Position numbers and translations under genes: made by a program. Below the pieces are notes generated by a model. It was not told the DNA's origin, ran no database searches, and was given only the letters and a program-made list of their open reading frames with translations. Source: an uncultured Chloroflexia bacterium (GTDB lineage Bacteria; Chloroflexota; Limnocylindria; Limnocylindrales; CSP1-4). From it: 64,000 nucleotides of DNA. The stretch is taken from positions 452,320 through 516,319 of the forward strand of contig CAVQJC010000001.1 in NCBI GenBank assembly GCA_963712745.1, written 5' to 3'. Positions within the stretch are counted from its first letter, which is position 1. Every line of letters begins with the position of its first letter. Of the stretch, positions 1 through 11,158 are shown piece after piece.

Positions 1-343
1 TGCAGCAGCTGCGGGGACCTTCCTTGCATCGGAACAGCCACCCACCGCCATCGTCGCTGCGGATGCCAACGAAGGCCTGGGCGTCTGGCACACCCTGGTG
101 GCGCGAGGACTGTCCGTGCCGGGTGACATCTCGCTCATCGCCATCCACCGTCTGCCCGCGGAAGGCTATCGTGTGCCCTCGATGAGCTGCATCGAGATGC
201 CGCTACGAAGGCTCGGTCGCAGGGCCATGGAGCTGGTACTCGACACACCCTGGAACGCGCGCATCCACGAGGTCATCGGCGATGAGCTGATCATCATCGA
301 AGGCGACACCGTGGCGAGCAGATACCAGGGCCGGTCCTCGTAG
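1..343 (+). CDS. LacI-family transcriptional regulator, C-terminal part (5' end outside window)
   Basis: Frame reads ...PPTAIVAADANEG...RGLSVPGDISLI...PSMSCIEMPLRRLGRRAMELVL, the typical LacI/GalR sugar-binding C-terminus. Confidence 0.8.
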   Translation, partial: AAAAGTFLASEQPPTAIVAADANEGLGVWHTLVARGLSVPGDISLIAIHRLPAEGYRVPSMSCIEMPLRRLGRRAMELVLDTPWNARIHEVIGDELIIIEGDTVASRYQGRSS

Positions 344-367
344 ACGAGAAAGCAGGAGGACGAGCGC

Positions 368-1378
368 GTGGGCTTCGATTCCTTCGAGCGAGTCAAGCTG
401 GGCAGGACTGACGTGGAGGTGACTCGACTGGGTTTCGGCAGTGCTGAGATCGGCGGGCTCTACGAGTCGGTCACCGAGCAACAGGCCGGGACGCTGATCG
501 CGCACATGTGGGACCGGGGCGTTCGCTACTTCGACTCTGCTCCACTGTATGGCTATGGCACCGCTGAAACTCGCGTGGGCAACGGCCTGCGCACGCATGC
601 GCGCGACGAGTACACGCTCTCGACCAAGGTTGGCCGTCTGCTGGTGCCGGTCGATCCGGTGGCCGACAGGGACGCCGAGGGTCGGCTCAAACCGGGTGAA
701 GCGGACTTCTTCTATGGCGATATCCCGGCGGTGCAGATCCGCTACGACTACTCACGCGATGGGGTCTTGCGGTCGGTCGAGGAAAGCCTGGAACGACTCG
801 GGCTCGACCGCATCGACATCCTCTATATCCACGATAGCGACGAAGATCTCTTCCTGGCCTACCCGGCGGTCCACGAGCTGCGTGAACAGGGCGTCATCGG
901 TGCCGTCGGTGCGGGCATGAACCAGATCGAGATGACCCTGCAGTTCGCCAAGGAGGCCGACTTCGATGTCTTCATGCTCGCGGGCCGCTATACGCTCCTT
1001 GAGCAGCCCGCGCTCGCCGAGCTGTTGCCACTGTGTGTCGAGAAGGACATCTCGATCGTCATCGCCGGGGTCATGAACAGCGGCATCCTCGCGAACCCGC
1101 AGCTGGGTGCGCGCTACGACTACATCCAGGCACCAGCCGTGCTGATCGAGCGGGCGCAAAGCATCGCGGCGGTTTGCGAGCGCCATGGCGTGTCGCTCAA
1201 GACGGCGGCGATCCAGTTCCCCCTGGCACATCCGGCGGTGGCATCGATCGCGGCGGGCGTTCGCACCATCGAGCATTTCGACGACTACCCCGCAGCCATG
1301 ACCACCGACGTACCTTCTCAGCTCTGGGACGAGCTACGCCATGAAGGTCTGATCCCAGCTGACGCCCCGACCCCGTAG
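368..1378 (+). CDS. Aldo/keto reductase (D-threo-aldose/L-fucose dehydrogenase-like)
   Basis: Intact 336 aa ORF; LGFGSA, FDSAPLYGYG, STKVGR, DILYIHD, LAGRYTLL motifs; AGGAGG RBS upstream. Confidence 0.9.
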   Translation: MGFDSFERVKLGRTDVEVTRLGFGSAEIGGLYESVTEQQAGTLIAHMWDRGVRYFDSAPLYGYGTAETRVGNGLRTHARDEYTLSTKVGRLLVPVDPVADRDAEGRLKPGEADFFYGDIPAVQIRYDYSRDGVLRSVEESLERLGLDRIDILYIHDSDEDLFLAYPAVHELREQGVIGAVGAGMNQIEMTLQFAKEADFDVFMLAGRYTLLEQPALAELLPLCVEKDISIVIAGVMNSGILANPQLGARYDYIQAPAVLIERAQSIAAVCERHGVSLKTAAIQFPLAHPAVASIAAGVRTIEHFDDYPAAMTTDVPSQLWDELRHEGLIPADAPTP

Positions 1379-1380
1379 GC

Positions 1381-2633
1381 TCAGCCGGCAGAGGCCAGAC
1401 GTCCTTCGAGGTCCTTGGCGACGGCACCGGCGTGGATCACCACGGCCACGTTCTGTGGATCCGCGAGCAGCGACACCTCGTCCAGCGGCTGGCCCTTCAC
1501 GAGGACAAGGTCGGCCTGCTTGCCCTCCTCGATGGTGCCGATCTCGTGCTGCAGGCCGAACAACTCCGCGTTCGTTCGCGTCGCGCTGATGATGGCGCGA
1601 TGGGCACCCATAACGCGTGCCTTGTACATGATCTCCTCGCCGCGTCGCCCCTGCCCTGGCCCGACCACGTCGGATCCCGAGGCGATGGCTACGCCAGCAG
1701 CATCGGCCTTGCGCACTGATCTCATAGGCGGCTGCAGCGATCTCGCGCATCCGCGTCGCCTTCTCGGGCGTCAGGCCCCAGCGCTCGGGATCGGCCTGGA
1801 TGACCTCCATGGCCTGCAGCGTCGGCACCATGAAGGTACCCAGCTCTGCCATGCGGGCGGCCGTGGTCGGCTCCATGACCGTGCCGTGTTCGATGGAACG
1901 AACGCCGGCCTCGATGGCCACATCCATGGCCGCGCTCGTGTGACAGTGCGCCAGCACGTAGGTGCCCCAGCCGCGCGCAACCTCTACGGCCACGGCGATC
2001 TCCGCCATCGAGAGCTGCACGCTATCGAACGGATCGGTCGGGCGAGACGATGCCACCGGATGCGAGCAGCTTGATCTGCGTCGCCCCACGGCGAAGCTGC
2101 TCGCGAGCTGCCTTGCGGACCTCGTCGACCCCATCGGCGATGACGTGACCGGCGACCAGCCCAGGGATGGTCTCACTGGCGTGCAGGGCCTGGTGCTGCA
2201 ATCGACCGTCGCCGTGCCCGCCGGTCTGCGAGATGACCGAGCCCGAGGGCAGGATCCGGGGACCCTGGAGATGCCCTGCGGCGACGGCGGCTGCCCAGGC
2301 TGGCTCTAGCCCGCCCGCGTCGCGCACCGTGGTAAAGCCTTCATCGAGCGCCCCCTCGACCATCTGGGCCACGGCCAGGACATGCACGATCCAGGAGTCG
2401 TTGGTATGCGCAGCGCCAGCGCCCAGGAGCGCGAGATGCACGTGTGCGTCGGTCAGGCCGGGCAGCAGCGTGCAGCCGGCACCATCGATGACCGGCGTGC
2501 CGGCCGCGATGACCGACCGCTCGGCTCCGATCTTGCTGATGCGGCCATCCTCCACGAGCACGTCGTGGCGGCCCTCGGGTTCGCGGCCCGTCGCATCGAG
2601 CACGGCCACGTCGCGGATGACGAGCCGGCTCAC
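1381..2633 (-). CDS. Metal-dependent amidohydrolase (prolidase-like), frameshifted
   Basis: Fragments 2022-2699, 1334-2176 and 1381-1725 give LLPGLTDAHVH, SQTGGHGD, AHCH, SIEHG, GSD, GTIEEGKQADLVLV. Confidence 0.85.
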
Positions 2634-4445
2634 GACCCCGGCTCGATCATCGGGTGAGCATCGGGTTCGATCATGGGCCGACCTCCGGGCGTGTCCCAAC
2701 CGACGGGCTTGGGCTCGGCCGGGTGGTCGCCGGCACGCAGACGCGCGCGTCTCAGCCTCGTCAACGGTGCCAGCTGGCCAGGTCGATGGCGACCCCGTAC
2801 TCGCGGGCTGCGGCCTCGACGCGTCACGTAGCCGTCGAGCACGTCTTCGAGGACCGCCGCGGTGTCGCGCTCGAAGGGGTCACCCCAGCCGCCACCACCA
2901 CCGCTGTTGTTGACGAGCACCTCGCCCTCGAACATCGGCCGATAGTGGCCACCGGCGACGCGCTCCTTGTCCGTACCCGGGTTGAGGATGACGTGGTTGT
3001 TCTCGCCGCTGACACCCTTGCCGATAGCCCACGGCCGCGTGCTCGTCTTGTAGACGATCGAGGCGGAGAAGGAATCGGCGAGGAAGTGATAGCGTGCGAC
3101 CGACACCCAGGCCGCCGCGCTGCTTGCCCGGTCCGCCGGTATCGGGGCGCAGGCCGTAGTGGCTGATGAACATCGGGGACTTCTGTCTCGAGGACCTCGA
3201 CAGGGTTGTTGCGAGCACCCGATTCGGTGATCGCCATGATGCCGTTCTCGCCATCGCCACCGGCGTGGGCGCCGAAGCCGATGCCCTCGTTGGTGGCTTC
3301 CACCCAGAAGCGGTTGTTACGTGGGTTCATGCCCAGGCCCATCATCGAGCAGACATCAGAGCCCGAGCTGGCGGGGATGATGTCGGGCATACCCTGCGCG
3401 AGCGCCTTGGTGATGACCTCGCCCATCAGCAGGCCGGGCCACAAGGTGAACGTGGGCGCCGGCGGCTGGGCGTTGAACAGCTCGCCCTCGGGGGCGATCA
3501 CACGCAACGGACGGAAGTCGCCTTCGTTGGCCGGCGTATTCGGCGTGGTCAGGCCCTTGAAGATGAGGCCGCTCGTCGATTCGGTCAGGCCCAGCGGCAC
3601 GTTGATCGGCCCCTTGGCCGCTTTCGATCGAGCCGCTCCAGTCGACGACCATCTCGTCGGCCGAGACAGTCACCGTCGCCTTCATCTTGACGAGGCCCTC
3701 CTCCACGCCGTCGCCGTCGACGTAGTCCTCGGCGGTCCAGGTGCCCGGCGTCAGCTTGGCCAGTCCGATGCGAGCCATGCGCTCGCCGTGGTCCAGGAAC
3801 TGCGCGACAGGCCTCCTCGTACGTCTCCCGCCCATAGCGTTCGATGATCTCGGCGGTGCGCACCTCGCCGATGCGACAGGCCGAGATCTGCGCGAAGAGA
3901 TCGCCGATGACGTGGTTGGGCAGCCGACTGTTGAACTTCAGGATGTTGATGATGTCGGTCTGCAGCTCGCCCTCGCGGAAGATGCGCGTGCCCGGGAAGA
4001 CGATGCCCTCCTGGTACATGTCCGTCGTGTCCATCGAGTAACCGGCGTGCTTCTGCTTGAGGTCCAGCCAGTGGATGCGGACACCGGTGAAACCCACCAG
4101 ATCGCCCTGCGCGAAGATCGGCGAGGTGACGAAGACATCGAGGGTGTGCGCTGACGACCAGTAGGGGTAGTTGAAGATGTACGCGTCGCCCTTCTTGAAA
4201 TTGTCGACACCGATGAAGTCGATGAGGCGGTGCAGGGCGCGGTCATTCGCGCGCGTGAAGATGGTGATGCCCGGCGCCTCCGCCAGCTCGCGGCCTTCGA
4301 TGTCATAGACGCCCACGCCGAAGTCCTTGATCTCATAGACCACGGTGTTGTAGGAGGTGCGCATCAGGTTGGTGGCCATCTCGTTGGACACCGACAGCAG
4401 CCGGTTGCGGATGACCTCGGTGGTGATCGGATCGACCGTCGTCAT
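2630..4445 (-). CDS. Hydantoinase B / oxoprolinase family protein, frameshifted
   Basis: VDPITTEVIRNRL...LMRTSYN...DF, HWLD, QEG, NNPVEVLE, GGPGKQRGG, GGGGWGDPFER across several ORF fragments. Confidence 0.9.
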
Positions 4446-4449
4446 GGCG

Positions 4450-6537
4450 TCAGCCCTCGTCCTTCGTGCGTGGAGGCGGCCTCTGGCGCGACCTCGATGA
4501 TGAGTTCGCCGTGGTCACCCGACGGCACAGCGTGTCGCCGGCGTGGACCACGGTCGTGGCCGTGAGCTCCTCGATGATGACGGGGCCCTCCAGCCGCTGG
4601 CCGCGACCGAGCGCCTCGCGCCGCAGCACCGCGTATTCCTGGACGGCCGAGGCATGGCGGTGGACCGCCCGCGCCCCGACCGCGGCCGCGTCCGGATCAC
4701 CGGGACCGGCCAGCGGTAGCTGCGGCCGCGGCACACGTCCGATGGCTCGGAGCCGCGCGGTGACGATCTCGACGGCGTCCTCGCTGCGGTGTCCGTAGCG
4801 TTCCTCGTGCATGGCCGCGAACTTCTCGGGCAGGGCCGCGAGCTGCTCGTCGGTGACCTCGATCGCGTCCAGCGGCACCTCGACGGTATGCTCCTGTCCC
4901 TGGAAGCGCATGTCGGCCGACGGCCGCAGCTCCTGCTGGTCCTCGGCGAAGCCGTCGCTGGCGAGGGCGGAGCGAGCGCGCTCGGCGAGCGGCACCATCA
5001 GGCTGGTCAGGTCGCTGGTGCTCATCTCGCTGACGGTGGCCACTGATGTCTGCGCGAAGTCATGGACCACGTCGGTCATGAGCATGCCGTAGGCGCTGAA
5101 TGCCCCTGGTCCCGGCGGAACGATGACCCGCGGGATGCGCAGCTCCCGGGCCACGTCGAGGGCGACGAAGCCGCCCCCGCCGCCGTAGGAGAGCAGGGCG
5201 AAGTTGGCCGGGTCGTGGCCCTGCTCGACGGTGATCTCGCGGACCGCGCCGGTGATGCGCGCGGTCACGAACTCGAGGATGCCGCGCGCGACGGTCATGA
5301 CGTCCAGCCCCAGCGAGCCGGCGACGTCGGCGATGGCTTTCTCAGCCAGGCTGCGATCAAGCTGGAGCTCGCCGCCGAGCGCCGTTGCTTCACCCAGGTA
5401 GCCGATGAGCAAGGCCGCGTCGGTCACGGTGGCCTGCGTGCCGCCCTTGCCGTAGCTGGCCGGTCCGGGCGACGCCCCGGCGCTCTTGGGGCCGACCTGC
5501 ATGTGGCCGGCCTCGTCGATCCAGGCGATGGAGCCGCCGCCAGCGCCGATGGTCTTGATGTTCAGGGCCGGCACCGCGATGGCCTGGCCCTCGAAGTCGC
5601 GCCTCCGTCACCGTGGTGGGATGGCCGCCGACGATGAGCGAGGCATCCAGGCTGGTGCCGCCCATGTCGATGGTGATGAGATCGGGCTCATCGACCAACG
5701 GGCCGACAGCCGCTGCACCGATGACGCCGGCTGCCGGGCCACTGAGCACCATGTGTGCTGGCTGGTCCATGGCCGTCTCCACGGTCATGGCGCCACCGCC
5801 TGAGCGCGTGATCAGGAAGCGACCCGTGAAGCCGGCCTCATCGAGGCGAGCCGCGCAGTCGCTCCAGGTAGCGGCGCACGATGGGCTTGGTATAGGCGTC
5901 GATGACGGTCGTACTGGTGCGCTCGTACTCGCGGTACTCCCGCACCAGCCGATGCGACAGGCTGATCTCCAGGTCCGGGGCGACCTCACGCAGGACCGCC
6001 GCCATGGCCAGCTCGTGGTCGGGGTTGGCGTACGAGTGCAGGAACGCCACCGCCACGGACTTCGCGCCACTCTCAAGCACGAGCTGGGCCACCCGCCGTC
6101 GCATCGGCCTCATCGAACGGCGTGTGCACGTCGCCGGTGTAGAGCATCCGCTCATCGACCTCGAAGGCGCGCCGACGCGGCAACAGGTTCGGCGGTTTGC
6201 GGTACTTGAAGTCGTACATGACCTTGCGGTCCGTGCGAGCGAGCTCGTAGACGTCGCGAAAGCCCTTGGTGGTCACGAGGGCGACCACGGCCCCCGTGCG
6301 CGTGAGCAGCGCGTTGAGCGCCAGCGTCGTGCCGTGCACGAAGTAGGAGATGTCGGACAGGGCCACCTCGGCCTTGCCCATGGCGGCGATCACACCGCGG
6401 GCGGGATCGTCCGGCGTCGTGGAGGTCTTCTCGAACCGCGCGGCACGCCCCTCCTCGTCGAGGATGGCCACGTCGGTGAACGTGCCGCCGACGTCGATGG
6501 CCAGGCGTACTCGCCGGATCCCGGGTTCTGCAGTCAT
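4450..6537 (-). CDS. Hydantoinase A / oxoprolinase family protein, frameshifted
   Basis: IDVGGTFTD, HGTTLALNALL, REYERTSTT, LSGPAAG, DMGGTS, IGAGGGSIA, VGPKSAGASPGPASY, TVTDA. Confidence 0.9.
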
Positions 6538-6538
6538 G

Positions 6539-7555
6539 TCAGCGCCTCCTGCCCCGCGCGGCGCTCAGGCCGACCGCGGCGATGATGATGAGACCCGTTA
6601 CGAGGTCCTTGAGGAATGGATCGATGTTGAGGATGTTGAAGCCGTTGCCGATGAGCGCCAGCAGATAGACACCGGCGATCGAGCGCCAGATGGCGCCTTT
6701 GCCGCCGTAGATGCTGGTGCCGCCGAGGATAATGGCTGCGATGGCCTGCAGTGCGATGCCCTCGCCGGTCTGTGGCTGGCCACTGGCGATGCGAGACACC
6801 GTGATGGCCCCAGCGATGCCCGCCGCCAGGCCGCTCAGCGCGAACGTCGCGATACGCACGCGATTGACACGCACGCCACTCAGCACAGCCGCTTCTTCGT
6901 TGCCACCGAGCGCGTAGATGTAGCGGCCCAGGGGCGTCGCGTCGAGGATGACCCACATCGCCGCAGCAAAGGCCAGGAAGACGAGCACGGCGTAGTTGAG
7001 ACCCTCGATCTTGGCCCGGCCAAGTTGCGCGAACTCCGGATATGCGGTCACCGAGATGAGGAACCCGCCGGTGATGAACAGCGCGAACCCGCCATAGACG
7101 AGGCTGGTCGCGAGGGTGGCCAGGAACGAGTGGATGCGCAGCCCGACGATGACGAGGCCGTTGGTGACACCCAGCACGACACCGACCACGGGCGCCAGCA
7201 GCAGACCCAGCGTGGGGTCGACATTGACCGCGACCCAGGCGGCGAAGACGGCGGCCACGCCCACGATGGCGCCCGTGGACAGGTCGAAGCCGCCGCCGAT
7301 GATGACCAGCGTGCCAGCGCACGCGACGATGGCCAGGGGCGCGTTCTGGTTCAGGATGTTGAAGATGTTCTGCGTGGACAGGAACGCCGGACTCGCGAAG
7401 CTCAGCCAGACGAAGACGATGCCCAGCAGGACGAGCACGGCGTACTCCGCGAGGAACTCGAAGACGCGCGTGCTGGTCTTCGGCCGGTGCGCCTCGCTGG
7501 GTGTGCCCGGCGGGGATGCCTCGGGAGCGACTTCGGGGGCGAGTACCTGGCTCAC
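6539..7555 (-). CDS. Sugar-type (RbsC-like) ABC transporter permease
   Basis: Hydrophobic ORF with GGFDLS, GRYIYALGGNEEAAVLSGV, IAAIILGGTS; GTG start chosen at 7555. Confidence 0.9.
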   Translation of the reverse strand: MSQVLAPEVAPEASPPGTPSEAHRPKTSTRVFEFLAEYAVLVLLGIVFVWLSFASPAFLSTQNIFNILNQNAPLAIVACAGTLVIIGGGFDLSTGAIVGVAAVFAAWVAVNVDPTLGLLLAPVVGVVLGVTNGLVIVGLRIHSFLATLATSLVYGGFALFITGGFLISVTAYPEFAQLGRAKIEGLNYAVLVFLAFAAAMWVILDATPLGRYIYALGGNEEAAVLSGVRVNRVRIATFALSGLAAGIAGAITVSRIASGQPQTGEGIALQAIAAIILGGTSIYGGKGAIWRSIAGVYLLALIGNGFNILNIDPFLKDLVTGLIIIAAVGLSAARGRRR

Positions 7556-7577
7556 TGCGGCGCCCCGCTCACGCGGC

Positions 7578-9107
7578 TCATGCGGCCTGCACGCCATCGA
7601 GGCCGAAGAGCCGGAAGATCACCTCGTCCATGGACACCTCCGTGGGGTCCACCCAATCGACGGTGCGTCCCGCATGCATCAGGTAGACGCGATGCGAAAG
7701 GGCCATCACCTCCTCCAGTTCCGAAGAGACGATGACGATGGCGATGCCTTCGTGGGCGAGGCCGACGATGAGCTCGTAGATGTTGCGCTTCGCGCCGATG
7801 TCGACCCCTCGCGTCGGCTCGTCGAGGAGCAGCACCCGGGGCGTGGCATTGAGCCACTTGGCGAACAGCACCTTCTGCTGGTTGCCCCCGGAGAAGACGC
7901 CGACATCGCCTTCGGTGATGCGCGGCACGATGTCGAGGTCCTCGACGAGCTTGCCTACGCCTGACTTCTCGGCCGAGCGCGATACCAGGCCAGCTCGCAC
8001 GAACTGTCGCAGGTCGGTGAGGGTCACATTGCTGCGCACCGTCATGCCGGCGATGAGACCCTGGCCGCGCCGGTCTTCCGGGATCATGCCCAGGCCACGC
8101 TGGACCGAGCCATACGGCGAGCGCGATGGGTAGGGCTGTCCGGCGAGGTGCACGCTCCCGCCGTCTGCCCGGTCAGCACCGAAGATCGCCCGCAACGCCT
8201 CGGAGCGGCCGCTCCCGACCAGGCCGGCGATGCCGACGATCTCACCGGGCTCGACCTCCAGGCTCACATCGGTCACGGCCATGCCCGCAGCGAGGTGTTC
8301 CACGCGCAGAGCGGGCGGTTCGGAGGTCGTCTCCGGCACGGGCGCCGTCGGGAAGGTCATTTCCAGCGAGCGGCCGAGCATGCCTGAAACGAGGCTCTCC
8401 TTGGTCTCATCGGCAGCGGGACCGGTCCTGATGACGCGTCCGTCCCGCATGACGGTGACGGTCTGGCACGTGTCGAGCACCTCTTCGAGGAAGTGGCTCA
8501 CGTAGATGACCGTGCGCTGGTCCTCTCGCAGCCAGGCGATGACATCGAAGAGGTGCCGCGATTCATCGATGCTCAACGCCGAGGTGGGTTCGTCCATGAT
8601 GATGAGGCGGGCATCGCGAGCGAGCGCGCGCAGGATCTCCACCTTCTGCTGGTCGGCGATGCGCAGATCCCTCACCCGGGCGCGCCCGTCAAGGCGAAAC
8701 GATGGCCGCTCGTTGAGCGCCTCGAAGCGCGCCTGGATGGAACCATCGAACAGCCCGAAGCGGTGCTGCTCGATGCCCAGGAAGACGTTCTGCGCCACGC
8801 TCAACTCCGGGACCAGCGAGAGTTCCTGGTGGATCATGGCGATGCCGTTGGCCAGTGCCAGCCGGGGAGACCAGCCACCGACGTGGGTCCCGAACGCCGT
8901 GAAGTCGCCCTCGTCGCGTTCGTAGATCCCGCCGATGATCTTGCCTAGCGTCGACTTGCCGGCACCATTCTGGCCGACGAGCGCATGCGCTTCGCCGGCC
9001 GCGATGTCCAGATCGATGGCAGCCAGAGCTTGTGTGGCTCCGAAGCGCTTGGAGACGCCTCGGAGCCGTACGGCTGCTTCCGGCAAGGGCTTAGCCCTGC
9101 CACTCAC
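7578..9107 (-). CDS. Sugar-type (RbsA-like) ABC transporter ATP-binding protein
   Basis: Two ABC domains: GQNGAGKST, MDEPT, GLVGSGRSE, SGGNQQK, LDEPTRGVD. Confidence 0.95.
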   Translation of the reverse strand: MSGRAKPLPEAAVRLRGVSKRFGATQALAAIDLDIAAGEAHALVGQNGAGKSTLGKIIGGIYERDEGDFTAFGTHVGGWSPRLALANGIAMIHQELSLVPELSVAQNVFLGIEQHRFGLFDGSIQARFEALNERPSFRLDGRARVRDLRIADQQKVEILRALARDARLIIMDEPTSALSIDESRHLFDVIAWLREDQRTVIYVSHFLEEVLDTCQTVTVMRDGRVIRTGPAADETKESLVSGMLGRSLEMTFPTAPVPETTSEPPALRVEHLAAGMAVTDVSLEVEPGEIVGIAGLVGSGRSEALRAIFGADRADGGSVHLAGQPYPSRSPYGSVQRGLGMIPEDRRGQGLIAGMTVRSNVTLTDLRQFVRAGLVSRSAEKSGVGKLVEDLDIVPRITEGDVGVFSGGNQQKVLFAKWLNATPRVLLLDEPTRGVDIGAKRNIYELIVGLAHEGIAIVIVSSELEEVMALSHRVYLMHAGRTVDWVDPTEVSMDEVIFRLFGLDGVQAA

Positions 9108-10098
9108 CCATGAAGTCAGGGTTATCGATCAGGTCCTGCGTGGTCACGATCGGTCCGATCTCGACGAAGGTGTCCATGTTGATGACGGCCTCGTGGTCCT
9201 CGCCTGCGAGATCAGCCAGCAGGAGCTTGGTCGCCTCGGCACCCATGGTCTTGGGGTAGTTGGCGTAGGTCGCATCCCAGCGGCCGGCCCGGATCGCGTC
9301 GATGGCTTCCTGCGTCGCGCCGCCACCGATGAGGAACATGGACTCCAGGTCCAGACCTGCGTCGATGATGGCGATCTCCGCACCCGAGAGGTGCTGGTCG
9401 GCGTTGGAGAGGACCGCGTCGACCTGCGGGTTCGACTGCAGGATGTCCTGCATCACGGTCAGCGATGCATCGCGGTCGTAGTTGCCTTCGCCGGTCGCGA
9501 CGACAACGATGTTGTCGTGCTCGGCGAGCACGCTGGTGAAGGCTTCATAGCGCACGTTGTCGAAGGGGAACTGCAGCTGGCCGATGAGGATGACCACGTT
9601 GCAGGGGTCCTTGTCGGCGCAGTACTCGACGACCGCGTCGGCCTCGAGCTTGGCGCCATCAGCCGGCGGGCCGGCCACGGTGCCGACGATGCCATCGACC
9701 TGCGGCTCCAGCGTGGTCAGATCCGGACCGATCGGGAAGAGCGTCGTGACGGTGGGGATGCCGCCGTTGTTGAAAGCGTCGGCGACCGCCGAGCCGATGC
9801 CCACGGTGTCGTTCGCGAGCAACACGAAACCATCGTAGTTACCCGACGCGACGGCGTCCTCGATCTGGGCCAGCTGCACCTCGGCGCTGAACTGCCCATC
9901 GAATAGCTCGGCCTCGACGCCCATCTCGGCGGCAACTTCTTGCACGCCTTCCCAGATCGCCTGGTTGTAGCCGTTCTGACTGGACGAGGCGAAGAATGCG
10001 ATGCGTGTCGCATCGTCCTGTGCGAAGGCGCCAGCGGCGCTGGTGACGGCCAAGGCCGCCGCCAACATGAGCCCCGTGCCGAGCTTGAATGTGCGCAT
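9091..10098 (-). CDS. Sugar-type ABC transporter substrate-binding protein
   Basis: GAGGAGG RBS before ATG 10098; signal peptide MRTFKLGTGLMLAAALAVTSAAGAFA; RbsB-like periplasmic binding motifs. Confidence 0.9.
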   Translation of the reverse strand: MRTFKLGTGLMLAAALAVTSAAGAFAQDDATRIAFFASSSQNGYNQAIWEGVQEVAAEMGVEAELFDGQFSAEVQLAQIEDAVASGNYDGFVLLANDTVGIGSAVADAFNNGGIPTVTTLFPIGPDLTTLEPQVDGIVGTVAGPPADGAKLEADAVVEYCADKDPCNVVILIGQLQFPFDNVRYEAFTSVLAEHDNIVVVATGEGNYDRDASLTVMQDILQSNPQVDAVLSNADQHLSGAEIAIIDAGLDLESMFLIGGGATQEAIDAIRAGRWDATYANYPKTMGAEATKLLLADLAGEDHEAVINMDTFVEIGPIVTTQDLIDNPDFMGEWQG

Positions 10099-10196
10099 AT
10101 CCAAATGCCTCCTCAGGCTATCGAAGTCTGGCGGCTGCCCCTCCCAGTCGAGCTGATTGACCCGACAAGCCGCGTGCGAGGCATAGTCGCACGAAC

Positions 10197-10211
10197 TGAC
10201 AAACGATTCCA
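10197..10211. promoter_or_regulatory. Possible LacI-family operator
   Basis: TGACAAACGATTCCA, an imperfect palindrome centred on CG, about 100 bp upstream of the ABC operon; a LacI gene lies in the same cluster. Confidence 0.4.
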
Positions 10212-10269
10212 GCCAAGAACAGCGACGAAGCGGCACGGAGAGGTGACGAATTGCCAGGCGCCTGCGCAC

Positions 10270-11100
10270 TCAGGTCGTCAGCAGGATGAGCACGACGAAG
10301 ACGATGGCCGCGATGAGGCGATAGGCGATGAAGATGCCGGTACTGTGGGTGCGCAGGTAACGCAGCAGAAAGCCGATGGCGATCCAGCCTGAGACTGCCG
10401 CAGCGATGACACCGGCCGCGAGGACCGCCACGTCCACGTCACCGATCGAGCCATCCACGAAATGGCGCGCCTTCCAGAGTCCCGCGCCCGCGATGATGGG
10501 GATGCCCATGAGGAAGGCGAAGCGCGCTGCGGCTTCCCGCTCGAGGCCACGGAAGAGGCCGGCCGCGAGGGTGATGCCCGAACGGCTGATGCCGGGAAAC
10601 AGTGCCAGCGCCTGGGCCGTGCCGATGACCGCGGCATCAGCGAAGCTGCTCTGATCGAGGTTCCTGTCGCGCGTGCCGAAACGCTCAGCCAGCCACAGGA
10701 TGGCCGCCCCGACGACCAGCATCAACGGGATCACGATGAGCGACTCGCGGAAGAACGAATCGAAGAAGTCCTCCAACAGGAGTCCCAGCAGCGACGCCGG
10801 GATGATGGTGACGAGCAATACCCAGGCGAGCTTGCGCTTGGGATCGCCAGCGAGGCTGCGCTCACGGATCGAGGCCCAACCGGCCCCGATCAACTCGAGG
10901 GCGTCGCGCCAGAAGTAGGCCAATAGCGCAGCGAGCGTGCCCATGTGCAGCATCACCACGAACTCGGCGCTATTGATGAGCGCGTCATCCCAGCCCAGGA
11001 CCTCGGGCAGCAGGATGAGATGCGCCGACGACGAGATAGGCAGGAACTCGGTCAGTCCCTGCACGATCCCGATGATGATGGCCTCGATGATCGGGTCCAA
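10270..11100 (-). CDS. uppP: Undecaprenyl-diphosphate phosphatase
   Basis: IVQGLTEFLPISSSAHL and ALFPGISRSG motifs. Confidence 0.95.
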   Translation of the reverse strand: MDPIIEAIIIGIVQGLTEFLPISSSAHLILLPEVLGWDDALINSAEFVVMLHMGTLAALLAYFWRDALELIGAGWASIRERSLAGDPKRKLAWVLLVTIIPASLLGLLLEDFFDSFFRESLIVIPLMLVVGAAILWLAERFGTRDRNLDQSSFADAAVIGTAQALALFPGISRSGITLAAGLFRGLEREAAARFAFLMGIPIIAGAGLWKARHFVDGSIGDVDVAVLAAGVIAAAVSGWIAIGFLLRYLRTHSTGIFIAYRLIAAIVFVVLILLTT

Positions 11101-11158
11101 GTAGACCTCCGTTGGGCCGGTCGGTCAGCACCGGCCATACGGAGGCTCGGACGCTGGT

